A stretch of 64,000 nt of DNA from Octopus vulgaris. Its lineage: Eukaryota. Under the pieces are notes generated by a model. It made no database searches, had not been told where the DNA came from, and saw only the letters and a program-made list of their open reading frames with translations. The stretch covers positions 49,910,001-49,974,000 of the forward strand of contig OX597814.1 of the NCBI GenBank assembly GCA_951406725.2, written 5' to 3'. Position numbers and translations under genes: made by a program. Below, in pieces: positions 25,781 through 43,054 of the stretch (position 1 is the first letter of the stretch; each line of letters begins with the position of its first letter).

Positions 25781-26239
25781 ATAGATATGAAATTATATAA
25801 TTTATATCAAAATAATCAAATATCCCTTTCCAAATAGTTTTCTGTTTTCTTTTTTTTTTTACAGTTGATAACTTTTGCTCAGGTGAGAAACTGGCTTTCA
25901 CGATACGAGAAGAAATAGTGCCTTAGTTTTAATTAACATCGTCGGCAACTGATTGGCCGCCTCTTAAGAAATCCCAGTATTGTAGCTTCCTGTAGGTATG
26001 TCTTCCTACTCATCCTACTCTTTTGGTAAGAATTAAGAAGAAAAAAAAAAAAACGACATCTGTAAGCAGCAATGGTAAATCATTCATAAATGAGTGACTT
26101 TAGAGTGCAAGTCCAGCCCTTCTCATTGACCACAGGGTTGGTCAATCTGCTGGGACTGGGGACTTGGCGCAGATATTTTTCGATACACAGATTCAGTTTT
26201 ATCTTCTCATTGCTAAGCATCTTTGTCTCTCTTCTTTCC

Positions 26240-28175
<1,936 letters not shown>

Positions 28176-28744
28176 AATAGGAAGGATTAAAAAAATTAAA
28201 GGGAGGGAATGTACACAAAGGATAGGGATAAAGAATATGGATATGCGATAACATTTGTTAACAAATAAGAGAACAACTATCATCACTTGTGCTAGAATAT
28301 CGCAATACACCAAACTTGGAATCCTTCGGTGAAATATGTTGCAATAAAAGTGCCATAAACGACCACACAGAGACAGCGATGTCAAAATGAAATGATCCAA
28401 TAACATTTTTAAAGCGAAATGTGGTTGGCTGGTCCACAGTCAAATCTGAAACCGCCGATTCGCAAAGTCTCAGAAGCTTCATATGAGCATAATAAACAGT
28501 TTAAGCCTTAAGGCCAAAAAAGTAATTTAATATTAGTTGCATACTTACGAATTTGAAAAATTAAAGATTCATTATTTTTCTGATCACAGATGCGCTCCCA
28601 TAGGTTCTTATAAACTTGCAATTCGCCCCTGGTGTTAAAAAAGGATACTTCATTCCTCATTTGAAGGTATGCAACACTGAAAACAAAAATATAACTTTTG
28701 TGTATAGAGCATTGTATTAACATTTCATAAATATTTTCAACAAC

Positions 28745-29075
28745 CAGCAGGTTATGGTCGTGTGGTTAATAAGTTCGATTCGCAACTACCATGGGCTAAT
28801 GTCTACTACTATAAGCGCTGGTTCGACCAATGTCACTTGATATTGGGAAACTACCCTGTGTGTGTGTCTTTGAGTTTGTTTTTGAGATCTTACACCGCGT
28901 AGCAATCACTGTTCCTGTCTCTGTAACTTAGCGGTTTGGCAAGAAGAATTGATAGAATGGGTAGCAGACTTTGAAAATAAGCACTGATGTTAATTTGAAC
29001 GATTAAAACAATTCAAGGTGGTTTCCCAACATGGCCGCAATTCAGTGACCGAAACAAATAAGAGAATATAAAGGA
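28745..29075 (+). mobile_element. Old SINE family A copy
   Basis: atggtcgtgtggttaataag head; gtaacttagcggtttggcaa...caacatggccgcaattcagtgaccgaaacaaataagag tail. Confidence 0.65.
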
Positions 29076-29269
29076 TAAGTAGGAATTTGGTGATTTACAA
29101 AGTGGGGATTGGGTGAAAAACTGAAACGAACTTACAATCACGTTTCGATATGTTTGTAACTCCACTTTACATTGTTTCTACTACAATAATGGATGTTTAT
29201 GACAATAACGACGAGAGTAATACTAATAATTCTGTTGCTGTTATAATGATGATAATGTAATGAATAATA

Positions 29270-29310
<41 letters not shown>

Positions 29311-32254
29311 AATGACGACGATGATGATGATGACGATGATTTAATATCATTGCCTTCAAATTTCTCAGACTGACCATAGCTTGCAAATAGCTCTTAGCAT
29401 TCGTTTTATAACATTTTAGGAAGAGATATTGAATTGAACCCTGAAACCCCATATAGAAATGTAACTTTTATGACACGGATATAAATTAATTGTACGTGCA
29501 CTATGCATCTTTATAAATTGCATACGCACAGTCACACTTTGGATGTCTCTTAATCGTCATATTCAGTCTTGAACCCATAAGAAAACTCCATTTTTTGAGC
29601 CGCTTTACTGAATAGTGACTTTGACATATTCACTCTTGATTGTGTCATCAAAAAAATTAGTTCCGAAATGCACGTTTAAGTTTGATCTTCTGTTTTTGAC
29701 ATTAATTTTCAAGAAATAATTCATTTGGCCTTGAGTATACGCTTTAAGTCTTAGATTCGGTTTAGTACAACAATTTTGACTTCGCGACTTTGTTCTCAGA
29801 CACAGTCACGTGGTTTCTTAAAGTGTAACTCTAATTACCGGTACTTCTTTGTTCGAATTTGATAAAGGCAAATAAGACTCTGTGAAGTATTTGAATTAAA
29901 AGAAAGTATTAAAAACCGTTTTATAAGCATTTTGCATGTTATATATCAACACTTTAATACTTTCTCTTAATAAAATCAGTGTGCATTCATGAAAGCATTC
30001 GTTGTTGGAATTCAGTCGCTAGAATTTCTTCTTGATCAGCTTCGGAGATATTGGTTATAACCCAAAACCGAAATGTATTTATTTCTAATTTAATTTTCAA
30101 ATGTATATGGAAATCTTTTATAATTTAGATGAGCACATTTTGTTCTCCAGTAACTTTAGATAAGTATTAAAATTAAATCCTGCTAGAAACTATTGTTCAT
30201 GCACCAGAATCAACCTACCAGCTCATTGTTTATGATCTTAGAAATTAAGATTGTTATCTACGTAGGCAATGACATTTCTGGTATTTATGAAATATAAATA
30301 ATTATATGCTAATTCTTTACAGACAAATAAAAAAAATGTAAAATTACCAGTTTCTTAATTTACTTTCAAAAGCCTCACGTTCAAACTTGCTATTTTGAAT
30401 TCTGTTGCAGCTTTAATAAGACGTTGTTGTTTCTAGCGTTTTAATTAATTAGGCCCCGACAGAGTTTGCATAGTGTTCGGTGCCAGTGAGTAACTGATAT
30501 GTTTGCTCTAGCAAAAACGAAGCAGTAATACAGAGAAATCTCACCAGTGAGATTACGTGGAAACGACACTACTAGGTTTATTGAAGAAATTCAAAGCAGT
30601 ACACAATATCTCATGTGGATCGAATTTCTTTCAATTTCCCCAAGGATGACCGGAAAAAATGAGAATATATACTAAAAGGAATATGTGAAATTAAGTTTCA
30701 TAAAATTATCTCATCGTCCTTATAGCTGTTGATGAAAGAAAACTCTGAAGTTAAATTTGTTTGTAGCGATTGTAAGAAAGGAAAAAAAAAACATATATAT
30801 GAAATACTTTAAACACGATAGAGAAAAAAAGGGAGCGATAGAAGAACCCTAAAAAGAGCAGAAGCAAACAATGTAGCCAAGAATATTGTCAGACTACTGT
30901 CTACAAAACCAAACGAAAAAGTGAATAGAGAAAAGATAATATAATCTATAAAAAAAGGAAAGAAAAGAAAAATTGAAAGGAAACGAAAGAAATGATTTAA
31001 AAAAAAGATGTCAAATTTGACCAAGACTGGTTTATTTCGCTGTTAGCTTTTAGCAATAAGACTTTTAATAAACAGTAGTTTTGGTGCGTAATTCTGTAGG
31101 GATTTTTTAACGTATTGTTTGGTTGTCGGTGAGAGTAATAGCATGAAATATAAGAAAGAAAAGAAAGGTGGAGGTAGTATTGGCAAAAGAAAAATCTTTA
31201 GGACTGATGAAGACTGATCGAAAGCTAAAGAAATGAATATGCATTGAGTTTATAGAAAGATAGATACATGTATAGGGAGGAGGGGGAGAGGAAATTTTGT
31301 CACATAGCAGTTAGTCGAACATCTGTCACAGCCAAATATTCCATTTGTTAGCAGAATTTGGCTGAACGCTATTTGTGAATTGATCGGCCTCTTGTCCCCA
31401 TTTCCCCGCTCAAGGACTAGCACCAGTTTCTTTCCATCTGAATATACTGAATACTATCAATAGGATTATTTCAATATCCATTGCACCGGGCCATGGTATA
31501 TCTCCCATGTGGTTCAGCACTAACTACGCCGAACCAACTCACACACCATTACTTCTCACCGCCACTCTTCCATCTTTTCTTTCTTCTACTCGGAGCAATA
31601 TTCAAACCATGATTTCCCCTGGCGATAACTTCCTGAAAGCGTCACGTTGATATAGCGCTATGTGCATTGCACCTTGTTCTTACTGCTTGCCTGCTATCTT
31701 CACCGCCGGCGTCGCTGCAGCTGACACCGTCATCGACTTGAAGTCTCATAGAACAACAAGAGAAACATCAGTAATTCCACTACATTCATGCCGGTAGTGT
31801 TGCTTGATGCTGACTGAATTATTTTCCTTTCTTTCTGCATATCTTTCTGTGTTTATTTATTTTTTATCGCCTTCCATCTTAAAATATTGTTTTTAAACGA
31901 ATTCAATCATATTCCTCTTCTACCCCTCCCTGTTCTCTCTTTCCCTTCCGTTTCTCTGTCTACCAGTTTATATATTTCACTCGCTCATTCTCTTTCTCTT
32001 CTACTCCCGCTCTCCCTCTCTATATATATTCACAGCTTTCCTTCATTTCTATATTTTTTTCTTTACACTGTGTTTATCTCAACCTTTCCCACTTGCTTAT
32101 TACGTTATTTTTCTATGTTGTATTCTTAACCTTCTTTATGACACCACTCTTCCTCCCTCAATACACGCATTTAGTCAGCTAGTCAGCATTACACACGTCC
32201 ACCCGTCTATTTATTCATATTTATATCTATCTTTCTAGTCAGCTAGTCAGCAAT

Positions 32255-32590
32255 CCATCCATCCATCCATCCAGCCATCCATCCATCCATCCATCCGTCC
32301 GTCCGTCCGTCCGTCCATCCATCCATCCATCCATCCATCCATCCATCCATCCATCCATCCATCCATCCATCCATCCATCGTCAACGAATCAGGCAGTTAA
32401 TTGGTCAATCAATCAACCAGGCAACCAGGACTCTAGCTAAACAATGATCAATCAAGCAACCAATCAACTCACAAACTAGCCAGCCGGCCAACCACTCGAT
32501 TACAAACCATTGGACCAGCCAACTAATTAGCCAAGCCAACCAGTCTCCCAGTCAACTAAGTCACGAAACCAGCCGCAACATAAATCAGTT
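32255..32590. repeat. (TCCA)n/(TCCG)n tract grading into a decayed 4-bp-period array
   Basis: Directly visible. Confidence 0.85.
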
Positions 32591-33375
32591 ATTCTCCCAG
32601 TTTTGAGGATTCTTTTTTTAATTATCATTCTTATTCTTTTCAAGTACTATTATGGGTGAAGTGATAGTCATTCATTGCTTGCAGTGGTCGAATCGGTTTC
32701 AAAAAGGTGATGCTACCCGAAATACAGCCACACATACCATATTCACTACGGCCCCAACACTCACCTTCTAAATGAAAGCAAACTTTACGAAATCCCTCCT
32801 TCTCTTCTTCATCATCATCATCACTATCATCATTGTTGTTATTATTATACCCTATAGTGTTGTCTGCATTGATATCAATGTTAAACATGGCTATTTGTAT
32901 ATGTAACTTTCTCATCTAGTCCAGTTCGATTACTGGGGAAAATATGCGAAGTAAGATTATATGTTATTGTCCATCTTTCAAAAATTTTCTGAAATACTGT
33001 ACTCCTTTTTGTATCGTTGCCGCGAAGAGGTTAAGGTTGGTGTCAGCAAGGACCTAATGTTTTAAGTATCACACATCATTCATGAAACCACTGGCTACAA
33101 GAAATCCACCTCATCTACAATGAGAGGCAGTTAAGCAAACTTCACAACTGATCCTGACATCAGCCAGGTCTGCTCATTTGCCATTCGTTCAGTTTTTTTA
33201 CAAATCTGTATATCGGTATCCATCGCTCCTGAATGGGACTGGAGGCTAGTTGTCTCGCCTCTTACTTTCAGGTATTCTAACACCCAGCATTATAAGGGAG
33301 TTGCCCCCCAAAAGTTACACAGCAGCGAACACCGGCGAACCAGCAAAGCACATAAATTGAGTATGTGCAGTCGAT

Positions 33376-33447
<72 letters not shown>

Positions 33448-33458
33448 CATATGATTAT

Positions 33459-33536
<78 letters not shown>

Positions 33537-33774
33537 ATATGCATATTATATATATATTTACACGCACGGAAGTCTGTGCGTGTGCGTGAGGTGGGGGTGT
33601 ACGGTTTAGTGTGCTGTGAGCGCTCCTCAGTGGTTGGATCTGTCCACTCGTAACTACATTATCCAATGTGTTTTGTAAGACGATAGGATGATTTAAGGAA
33701 GATTTGGCTGCTACTTTTAGCAAGGTGAGTGGATACTTATATGTTCGTTTATTGTTAAGGCTACCGATAAGGAA

Positions 33775-35400
33775 TGTTTCTAGACGACTGAAAAAATCTG
33801 GCCTTCCTGCCCCTTTTGTGGAATAAACGGCCAACTCTCTAAAGGTACCACTTTCGCTGCCGCTCACTGCTAGGACCACCAATCTACCGACAGGATCCGA
33901 GCAGATTGCCCGTGCTTCAAGACCTAAGGATTTTCGGAATAGCACTGTTACATCGCCACCACATCGACAAACCACAAAATGAGAATGTCTCATAGTCTTC
34001 GAAAATGGATGTTAGCGGATGCTTCTCGGAAATTCTCGCCTCACTAATGGCAGCCAAATCTAAACCAAGTGACTTGAGATCGTTGAGTGAGCTATCTTGC
34101 TTCCCGATCGAACCCAGGCTCGGAACATTTAGACTCCCCACTCTAAGTTTTGTTATCTAGGTTAGAGAAAAGAAAAGGAAGTTGTTCGGATGACTGTTGC
34201 AACAGCTTTGTTTTTGCCTGAATGGGGGGAATGGGTAAAGTTTCTCTAGTTTGATTTACTGGGGCTATTTACTAAAACCACAGATGTTCTGGGGGTAATT
34301 TCTTGTTTAAATCCAGATATATCCATATCGATTTGTATTAGCATTGTGTCCGACAGTGTTTTCGGGAGGAGTTCAGAATATCTCAGAATGTTTTTGCTGT
34401 CAGTTACTTCCTCAATCAGTTCAATGTCACTCTCCTGAGCAACAATAAAATTCATGATAGATAATGTGGTAATTTTGAAATATGCAGAGGTTGTTTCAAT
34501 GGATTGAAGAATTTCCCTGGTGAAATTCTTTTTGCCCTTGTCTCACTTAACGAGTGTGTGGCTGTTAGTCATTTTGTTGTTCGGGCATTTCTTTTTGTGT
34601 TCATGCTTTTTTATTCGTTTATAGCTCGAAAGCCTAACGAAGCCTTTGCCTTTGTGAGGCTTGAGTTACAGGAAAGAGGCCAATGTGTGCTAGTTTTAGC
34701 CTTCTCACGTAATGTCTGAGAATAGGATTTTTCCTGTGGAGTTGGTAGTAACGATGGAGATCATCATACTCTCTCCAACACAGCAGTAAAAAGTGGTTTC
34801 AGTTCCCACACAAGAAGCATCTGGGGCTTTTCCCTCTATAAACAACGGCATCTGCTCGCATTCCTCGAAACAGAAGTAATCGGGAATGCGATTGAATTCC
34901 CGTTGTGGGGTGGTCTTCCCTATGCTGCTTCAGAATGACTAGAACTCTTGTCGGATCTCGATGAACCGGCATGTTCTTGATTCGAATTCGAGTCGAACTT
35001 TAACCCATATAATAGGGTATATTTAAAAAGATATGGGACGTACAAGTAATTGTTGCCATTCTTATGGCTTCTTGCTCGGTGATGCACATAGCAGCTACTG
35101 TCTCGTACTGTTTTCCTGTTGGCCCCTTGTGGGCAATAAAGAAATTGTACTGTTTTCCTGTATATGTGTGTAGCACTAAGGGCCATAGTCCTTGGAGGCA
35201 TTTTTCAGTTTCTGTCGGAGTAGGAAGTTTAAGTTTTCACTCCTGGCGAGAAACGCATTTATACACTATGTTTTTTTTTTTCAATAACCCTTTTCCTCCT
35301 CACTAAGCGACAAAATACCTGATTTTACAAAACTATCTTTGTGCCAGAAGGCATTACCTTTCGGATCTTGCACCGAATGCAGGGTCCACTGGCTAACTAA
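33775..35400 (-). mobile_element. L1/Tx1-clade LINE 5' half: ORF1 with CCHC knuckle (~34220-35210) and ORF2 APE start (~33775-34160)
   Basis: ORF1 IPDYFCFEECEQMPLFIEGK..PRCFLCGN*NHFLLLC (CX2CX4HX4C); ORF2 LRVGSLNV..LAAISEARI..VTVLFRKSL..DPVGRLVVL..FRELAVY..DFFSRLETFL. Confidence 0.85.
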
Positions 35401-35424
35401 CTCTCAAGAAACAAGTTGTTATCG

Positions 35425-36522
<1,098 letters not shown>

Positions 36523-36540
36523 GCAATAATAATAATAATA

Positions 36541-37000
36541 ACAATAAAATCCTGTGGGATGTAATGATCCAGTGCGATCGCCTGACCAGACATAGGAAAC
36601 CGGACAGTGTTGTGGTGAATAAAAAAAGAAAGAACATGTATGATAATCGACATAGCATGCTCCGGTGACAACAGGGTCAATGTGAAAATAGAAGAAAAAA
36701 TAAACAACTATGACGATGTAAAGTGCAAAATACGAAGGTTGTGGTCAATGAAGAGAGTATACGTGATACCAATAGTAATTGGTGCACTTGGATGTATCAG
36801 AACTCAAATACCAACGTGGCTGAAAACGATCGGTGTAACTGTGAAGGTAGAACACCTACAAAAATCAGCATTGTATGGGACTGCAAGAATTCTTCGCAGG
36901 GTTCTTGAAACATGACCAGTAAACAAGTGTCACCTTTGTCTGCTGGCTGTGAACAGCTGGCACTTCCCATCATACCCAGCAAAATAAGCCGTGAATTTTC

Positions 37001-37037
<37 letters not shown>
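36541..37037 (+). mobile_element. R4/Dong-like LINE 3' fragment (restriction-like endonuclease) with (TAA)n tail
   Basis: KILWDVMIQCDRLTRHRKPD..CMIIDIACSGD..KINNY..IPIVIGALG..LQKSALYGTARILRRVL; (TAA)n on both sides. Confidence 0.9.
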
Positions 37038-37038
<1 letters not shown>

Positions 37039-37480
37039 GAGCATAACAAACCGGACCTATAGGTGATCGACAAGATGCATCACATGTGCTATATAGTTGA
37101 TGTTGGGTGTTCCTTTGACCCATGAATAGTCAAGAAGGAAGGCAAAAATATAAATACAACCCTCTGAAGTACGAAATAGCCTGGTTATGTAAAATGAAGA
37201 AGGTGAAGATAGTGCCAATTATTGTTTGGTTCTTGGGGACAGTATCAGAAGGCATCAAGAAGAATATGAAGGAAATTGGAATAGAGTGCTCAGTAGAACT
37301 GTTACAAAACATTTGCCTCCTTGGCGCAGCTAAAATAATCAAGAACGTATCGGATAGTTGAAAAGAACGGATAGCATGGTACTGTAGGCTGCAGGTAGCA
37401 AACCCGCCACGAATGCAAGATTCCAGGAATTCCAACAAAATATGTGCTAAAGTAAATAAATAAATAATAATAACAACAAC
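37038..37480 (+). mobile_element. Second, divergent R4/Dong-like 3' fragment
   Basis: EHNKPDL..CYIVDVGCSFD..KYNPLKYEIAWL..VPIIVWFLGTV..LQNICLLGAAKII; ends in TAA/CAA repeats. Confidence 0.85.
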
Positions 37481-37874
37481 AACTATGAAGTAAAAGAATA
37501 AACAACAAAAGTTATACAATAATTGAAATCCAAACTAAAACTGGAACAGCAATGGATCATGATAAAACGATGACAAGCAAAGCCTCTTCATGGCAAATAT
37601 TGGGTTAAACTAAACGCAAAAGAAATAGACAGAGCAAAATCCCAACATTAAAAGTGTTGGACTATATCCGAGTAAATACATATTGGACTATATCCGATTA
37701 AGTACACATCACAAACACGTAAGTACGTAAACTAATTAACTACGTATACACCCCAGTTTTACATTTACACAATTTAATATTTCAAAATAACATTAAGTAA
37801 TGTATAAACAGGATGCACACACATAAGCGAATCGAATAAAAACAAAAAGACAAATACTAGTCATTATTGATCAC

Positions 37875-38982
37875 GACAAAATAATGGAGACACCTATCAT
37901 CAGAAAAAGGTAATTAAAATTCGTTAAAATGACAGATCTATCAGACTTTTAAAAAGGTCAAAATGTTGGCGCTAGCGTATGGCAGGCGCCAGCGTAACGA
38001 AAAAAGCCGAAATGTTTGGTGTATCAAGAAGTATTGTCTCGAAAGTAATGACAGCCTCGTCGAAACGAAACTCCGGAAGAAAACCATAGACTTTCAAATA
38101 GGTACCGTCGGACTCTTACGCGAACTGTTAGAAAGGATTACAAAAGTACAGCTCCCAAAATTACTGCAGTATTTAATGACCACCTCGAAAACCCAGTTTC
38201 CACAAAAAACTGTTCGCCGAGAGCTGCACAAAGCCGGATTTTACGGAAGGGATGCAATCAGAAAACCTCTACTTTCAAAGACAAATGTTGCAAAGTGTTT
38301 AGAGTGGAGTAAAAACCCACAGAATTGGTCCTTAGAGCAGTGAAAAAATGTTATTTTCTCAGACGAGTCATCCATTACCTTATTTCCGACCACCGGCCGT
38401 GTATACGTGTGGAGACAGCCAAAAGAAGCATTTGACCGGGACTGCCTTCTTCCAACTGTTAAACATGGAGGAGGATCTGTGATGATCTGGGGGCGCTATA
38501 TCTTGGAAATCTGCCAGCCCAATGGTTTCCCTTCATGGCAGAATTAATAGTAAAGACTATTTAAGCATTTTATCTGATCAAATTCATTCTACGGCTGTGG
38601 AACTGTTTCTGCAGTGAAACGCAATCTTTCAGGATGATAATGCACCAATTCGCACAGCTAAAGTTTTTACTGAATGGCACGCGGAGCATTTTAGTGAAGT
38701 TGACATCTTATCTGGCCACCACAGTCTTCAGATCTCAATATTATTGAACATTTATGGTGCATTTTAGAAAAAGAAAACAGGTAAGGAGTCGATATCTTCC
38801 ACCACCATCACTACAAGAACTGGAGACTGTTTTAGCTGAAGAATGGACAAAAATTCCTTTGGAAGCAATTAAAACTTTGCACAAGTCCATACCTCGTAGA
38901 ATTCAAGCTGTAATTACTACCCCATATTAAAATAAATTTGTTTGAAATTTTAAGGTGTTTCCATTATTTTGTCCAACCACTA
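37875..38982 (+). mobile_element. Second copy of the Tc1-like (Incomer-like) transposon, defective
   Basis: Colinear with 4025-5276; partial left TIR gacaaaataatggagacacct, right TIR aggtgtttccattattttgtccaaccact; ATG at 37929; ~130-bp deletion in the 5' UTR. Confidence 0.95.
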
Positions 38983-39269
38983 TATATATATATATATAAT
39001 ACGGCATTAAACAAATATATACCCCCACGGGAAAGTAGGAGTGGACATTAGTTTTTTTTTCTTTGTCTCGTTTGACTACATTTATATATTTATAATTATA
39101 GAAGCGGTAGTCTAACAAATTGTCTACGCAAATAGATAAGACCCGGAGCCTAGTACTCACATGCAAATGTTAATGACAATTAGTCAAAACTTACGTTGGA
39201 TCAGAGGAAATATTAACAATGAAAAATAGTAAAACATGAAAATAATAATATCAGTGATGATAATAGTAA

Positions 39270-42200
39270 TAAAGGAAGGAAGTGGTCGGAATTTCCCTAT
39301 GTTCTGATCGATGATACATCTAGTGATGGTGTCACAATAAAAACCCTGGTAACTGCGCAACCTGATAATCACTACCTCATATGGGTGACAGTGAAAAAAC
39401 AAAATATTGGGAATAATAGTGGGAATGAAACTGAAATCTTTGATGGTGACAGTATTGCACTCGGCAGGCTCAGAGATACTGGTCCGGCTCCAGCCTGTCG
39501 TTATCCAGCAATCCAGCAATGGATCAGTATACATGATGTTGATAGAACAAACAAGCCAATGCTGTGGTCATGGAGTGTTACTATCTGAGAAGTCCTGTAG
39601 ACGAAAATAGTGCTCATATTGGAGGATACTGACAACGTAGGTATGATCAGTGGAGAGAAAGAAGATTGTTTCAACACACGGAAAAGAGATTATGTACTCA
39701 AACTAGAGCAATAAGAAAAAATCATTGGTTCACTGAAGTAGAACTTGAAGCTATCATTGAAGCTATCATTGAAGAAGTCAGCAGCAGAGGAAACGATGAA
39801 AATACAGTTCTTACTGATAAATGTAATCTCATAGCAGAAAATAGAGGTGAGATAAACCACAAGAAAGGAACAGTGATAGCTTGCTCAATGAGAGACATAT
39901 AGATGGTCTGGCAGAAGACAATAAAACTAATGGTGACATGACAGACGAGTAAAAGGCAATCTACGACAGAATAAAGGCAAGGGTACAGGAGAACGACAGC
40001 GACATTATTTGCAAACTTAAATAGGTTGATCGGTGGAAATCGAACCAAGAAACGAAAAATGTGATTGAAATTCTGAAATACATCAGAACAAAAAAACAAC
40101 AACAAAAAACATCACAAACAAAAAATTTGATCGAGGCAGCAAGTATTGTTGTAGCAGAAAAGAAATATAATGGGAGTGACAAAAGAAAAGGTCCATGGTG
40201 GAAAAGAAGAATACAGCCAAGGTTAGATATGCGCTGTGTTGGACCGAAAAGAGGAGGGGGAGCTTAAAAACGAAGTAAAATACAGGGAATATAATATTGA
40301 AAGAAAGGGACTGAAAGTGGTAGTGGATGAACTGAAACAGCGCCTTGTTGCAAAGAAAGCAAATATGGTAAGATACGACCAAAGAATGAAGGGATGCCAG
40401 CAGAATAGGCTTTTCAGAGTAGAATACCAGATAACATTGAAAGTCAAAGGTTTTGGAGTGACATCTGAAGCATAGACAAGGAGCACAAGAAGGATGCTCA
40501 ATGGTTGCAAGAACTGAAACAAACAATAGTCTGTCCACAACAGGCAGAGCTAGTTATTTCAGTTAGGGAAGTGAAGGAAATCAGCAAAAAAGTGGGCAAC
40601 TGAAAGGCCCCGAGACCAGATGAAGTTCAAGGCTACTAGATCAAAAGATATGGTGAATGTCATGCACGAAGAGCTGCACAACTCATCACCTTGTTAAATG
40701 CCGACCAAGTAACACCAGAGGGGTTGACAATAGGTAGGATAGTGTTGTGCCTGAAAAAATTCGAAAAAGGCAATACGGTAGACAACTATAAGCCGATGTC
40801 CTGCTTGCTACTTATATGGAAATTATTGACTGGAATAGTCACAGAGTCAATGTACGAACATCTGGAAAAATGGAGTCCTGTCACATGAGCAGAAGGGATG
40901 CAAGCGTAAGTGCAGAGGCACCAAGGATCAACTCCTGGTAGACAAAACTGTACTTAGAGACTGCAAGAGGAGTAAAACTAACTTAGCCATGTCATGGATT
41001 GATTATCGTAGGGCATACGATATGATCCCACATTCTTAGATTGTGGAATGTATGAACCTATTTCGTATTGCATCGAATGTTGAGCGATTGCTTGGAAAAG
41101 TATGGCGAAGTGGAGGACGGAACTGACAACATATAGAAGAATTTTATGGACAATAGAAATCAGGAGAGGCATCTTCCAAGGGGACTGCCTGTCTCCCCTG
41201 ATCTTTGTACTGTGCATAATATCACTAACACTGATTCTGAGGAAAGCAAAGGTTGGGTATGTAATCAAGAGCCGCAAACAAAATGTCAACCACTTGTTAT
41301 TCATAGATGACTTCAAACTTTATGGTGAAGATGAATCCCAAGTCAGTTCACTCGTTGATACAGTGTATACTTTCAGTGCTGATATCAGAATGGAGTTCGG
41401 ACTTAAGAAGTGTAGTCTGTTAGTCTTGATAAGAAGCAAAATCAAATGTATGAACGGGCTAGTGATACTGTTAAGGGAGGATATAAAGCGAATAGAAGAG
41501 ACGAGCTATATGTACTTTGGGATATTGGAAATGGATAAATTGATGGAGAAGGAAATGACAGAAAAATCTAAGGTGGAGTACTTGCGAGGACTGAGACAGA
41601 TGCTTAAGTCGAAATTAAACGGATGGAATAAGATTGAAGCTATCAACACCTGGTCGGTTTCACTACTTAGATATGGAGCAGGAGTAATCGCATGGAGAGT
41701 AGACGAACTAAACAGCTTAGACAGAAAGACAAGGAAGTTGCCGATTAGATATGGGATACTCCACCCAAAAAGTGATACTGACAGACTGTATGTATCAAGA
41801 AAAAGGGGGAAGAGGACTGATTGGATGCGAACACAGCATTAGTGCTGAAGAAAACAATATAGCATGGTATGTAAAAAATTCTACAGAACCGCTATTATTA
41901 GCAGTAAGAAGTTTCAGGCTTGTGTAGGATGGAAGATTGCAAAGATAAAGAACGGTACAAGCACTTGAGAATGAAGGAAACTGAAAATAGGTGGATGAAG
42001 AAAAGAATGCATGGACAATTTCATAGAGATGTTGAGGATAGGACAGAGAAAATAGATTGCTATGGATGACTAAAAGTGATTTAAAACCGGAAACGGAGGC
42101 TCTAATCTGTGCTGCCCAAGAGCAAGCGTTAAGAGCCAATTACATCAAATACAGAATAGGCAACGCATCAGAAAGTGATAAGTGCAGAATTTTTGGACAA

Positions 42201-42565
42201 AATGGTGAAACCATATGGCATATTGGACAAAATGATGAAACCGTACGGCATACGCCACTAGCCCAGAAAGAATATAAGAGGCGCCATCGTAATATAGCGA
42301 GGATTGTCCATTGGACACTTTGCAACAAGTATGGACTTGACAGAGCAAATGATTCAGTGCGACCATGAGATAGAGAATAGGAAACCAGACATAGTGTTAA
42401 TTGAGAAAGAAAGCAAACGATGCTGGATCATAGATATAGCATGCCCAGCTAACAACAAGGTATGCGACAAGGAAGAAAGAAAAGTTGATAGATATGACAG
42501 GTTAGCTTGGGGGGTTAAGCAGTTGCGGTCGTTGAAAAAGGTGGTTGTAGTAGTAATAGTAGTAC

Positions 42566-42606
<41 letters not shown>

Positions 42607-42837
42607 CTAATAATTGTCGGAGCCCTGGAAACAGTGAGTAAAAATCTTGAGAAGTACACGAAACAAATAAGGGCTGTAATAAGGCTGGAACACTTGCAGA
42701 AAACAGCAGTGCTTGGAACCGCTTGAATACTCTGGATGGTGCTCGAAAAAATAAAGGGGTGTAACCTTAGTTCATTGGTAGTGAACGGCTGACACCGTAG
42801 TACATCTCCAGCGTTAGAAGCTGTGGAAAGACAATAA

Positions 42838-42883
<46 letters not shown>
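39270..42883 (+). mobile_element. Near full-length R4/Dong-clade non-LTR retrotransposon, many stops and frameshifts
   Basis: N-terminal VMECYY..RLCTQTRAIRKNHWFTEVELEAI; RT ([42 protein letters not shown]); CRI..ETIWHI, YKRRH, RKPDIV..IIDIA REL domain; (TAA)n tail. 5' boundary approximate. Confidence 0.95.
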
Positions 42884-42884
<1 letters not shown>

Positions 42885-42993
42885 GTGCCTGGTGTACCCT
42901 TATCAGACGGGTAGTCATGATGGGTATACTGGGCTTCGTATATTTTACCCCAGTGTCACTTTGATGGCATGCTCTGCTCGCTCACTCAATAAC

Positions 42994-43054
<61 letters not shown>

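Noticed and set aside
29138-29452. Poly-His ORF
   Set aside because: Translation of a (GAT)n microsatellite.
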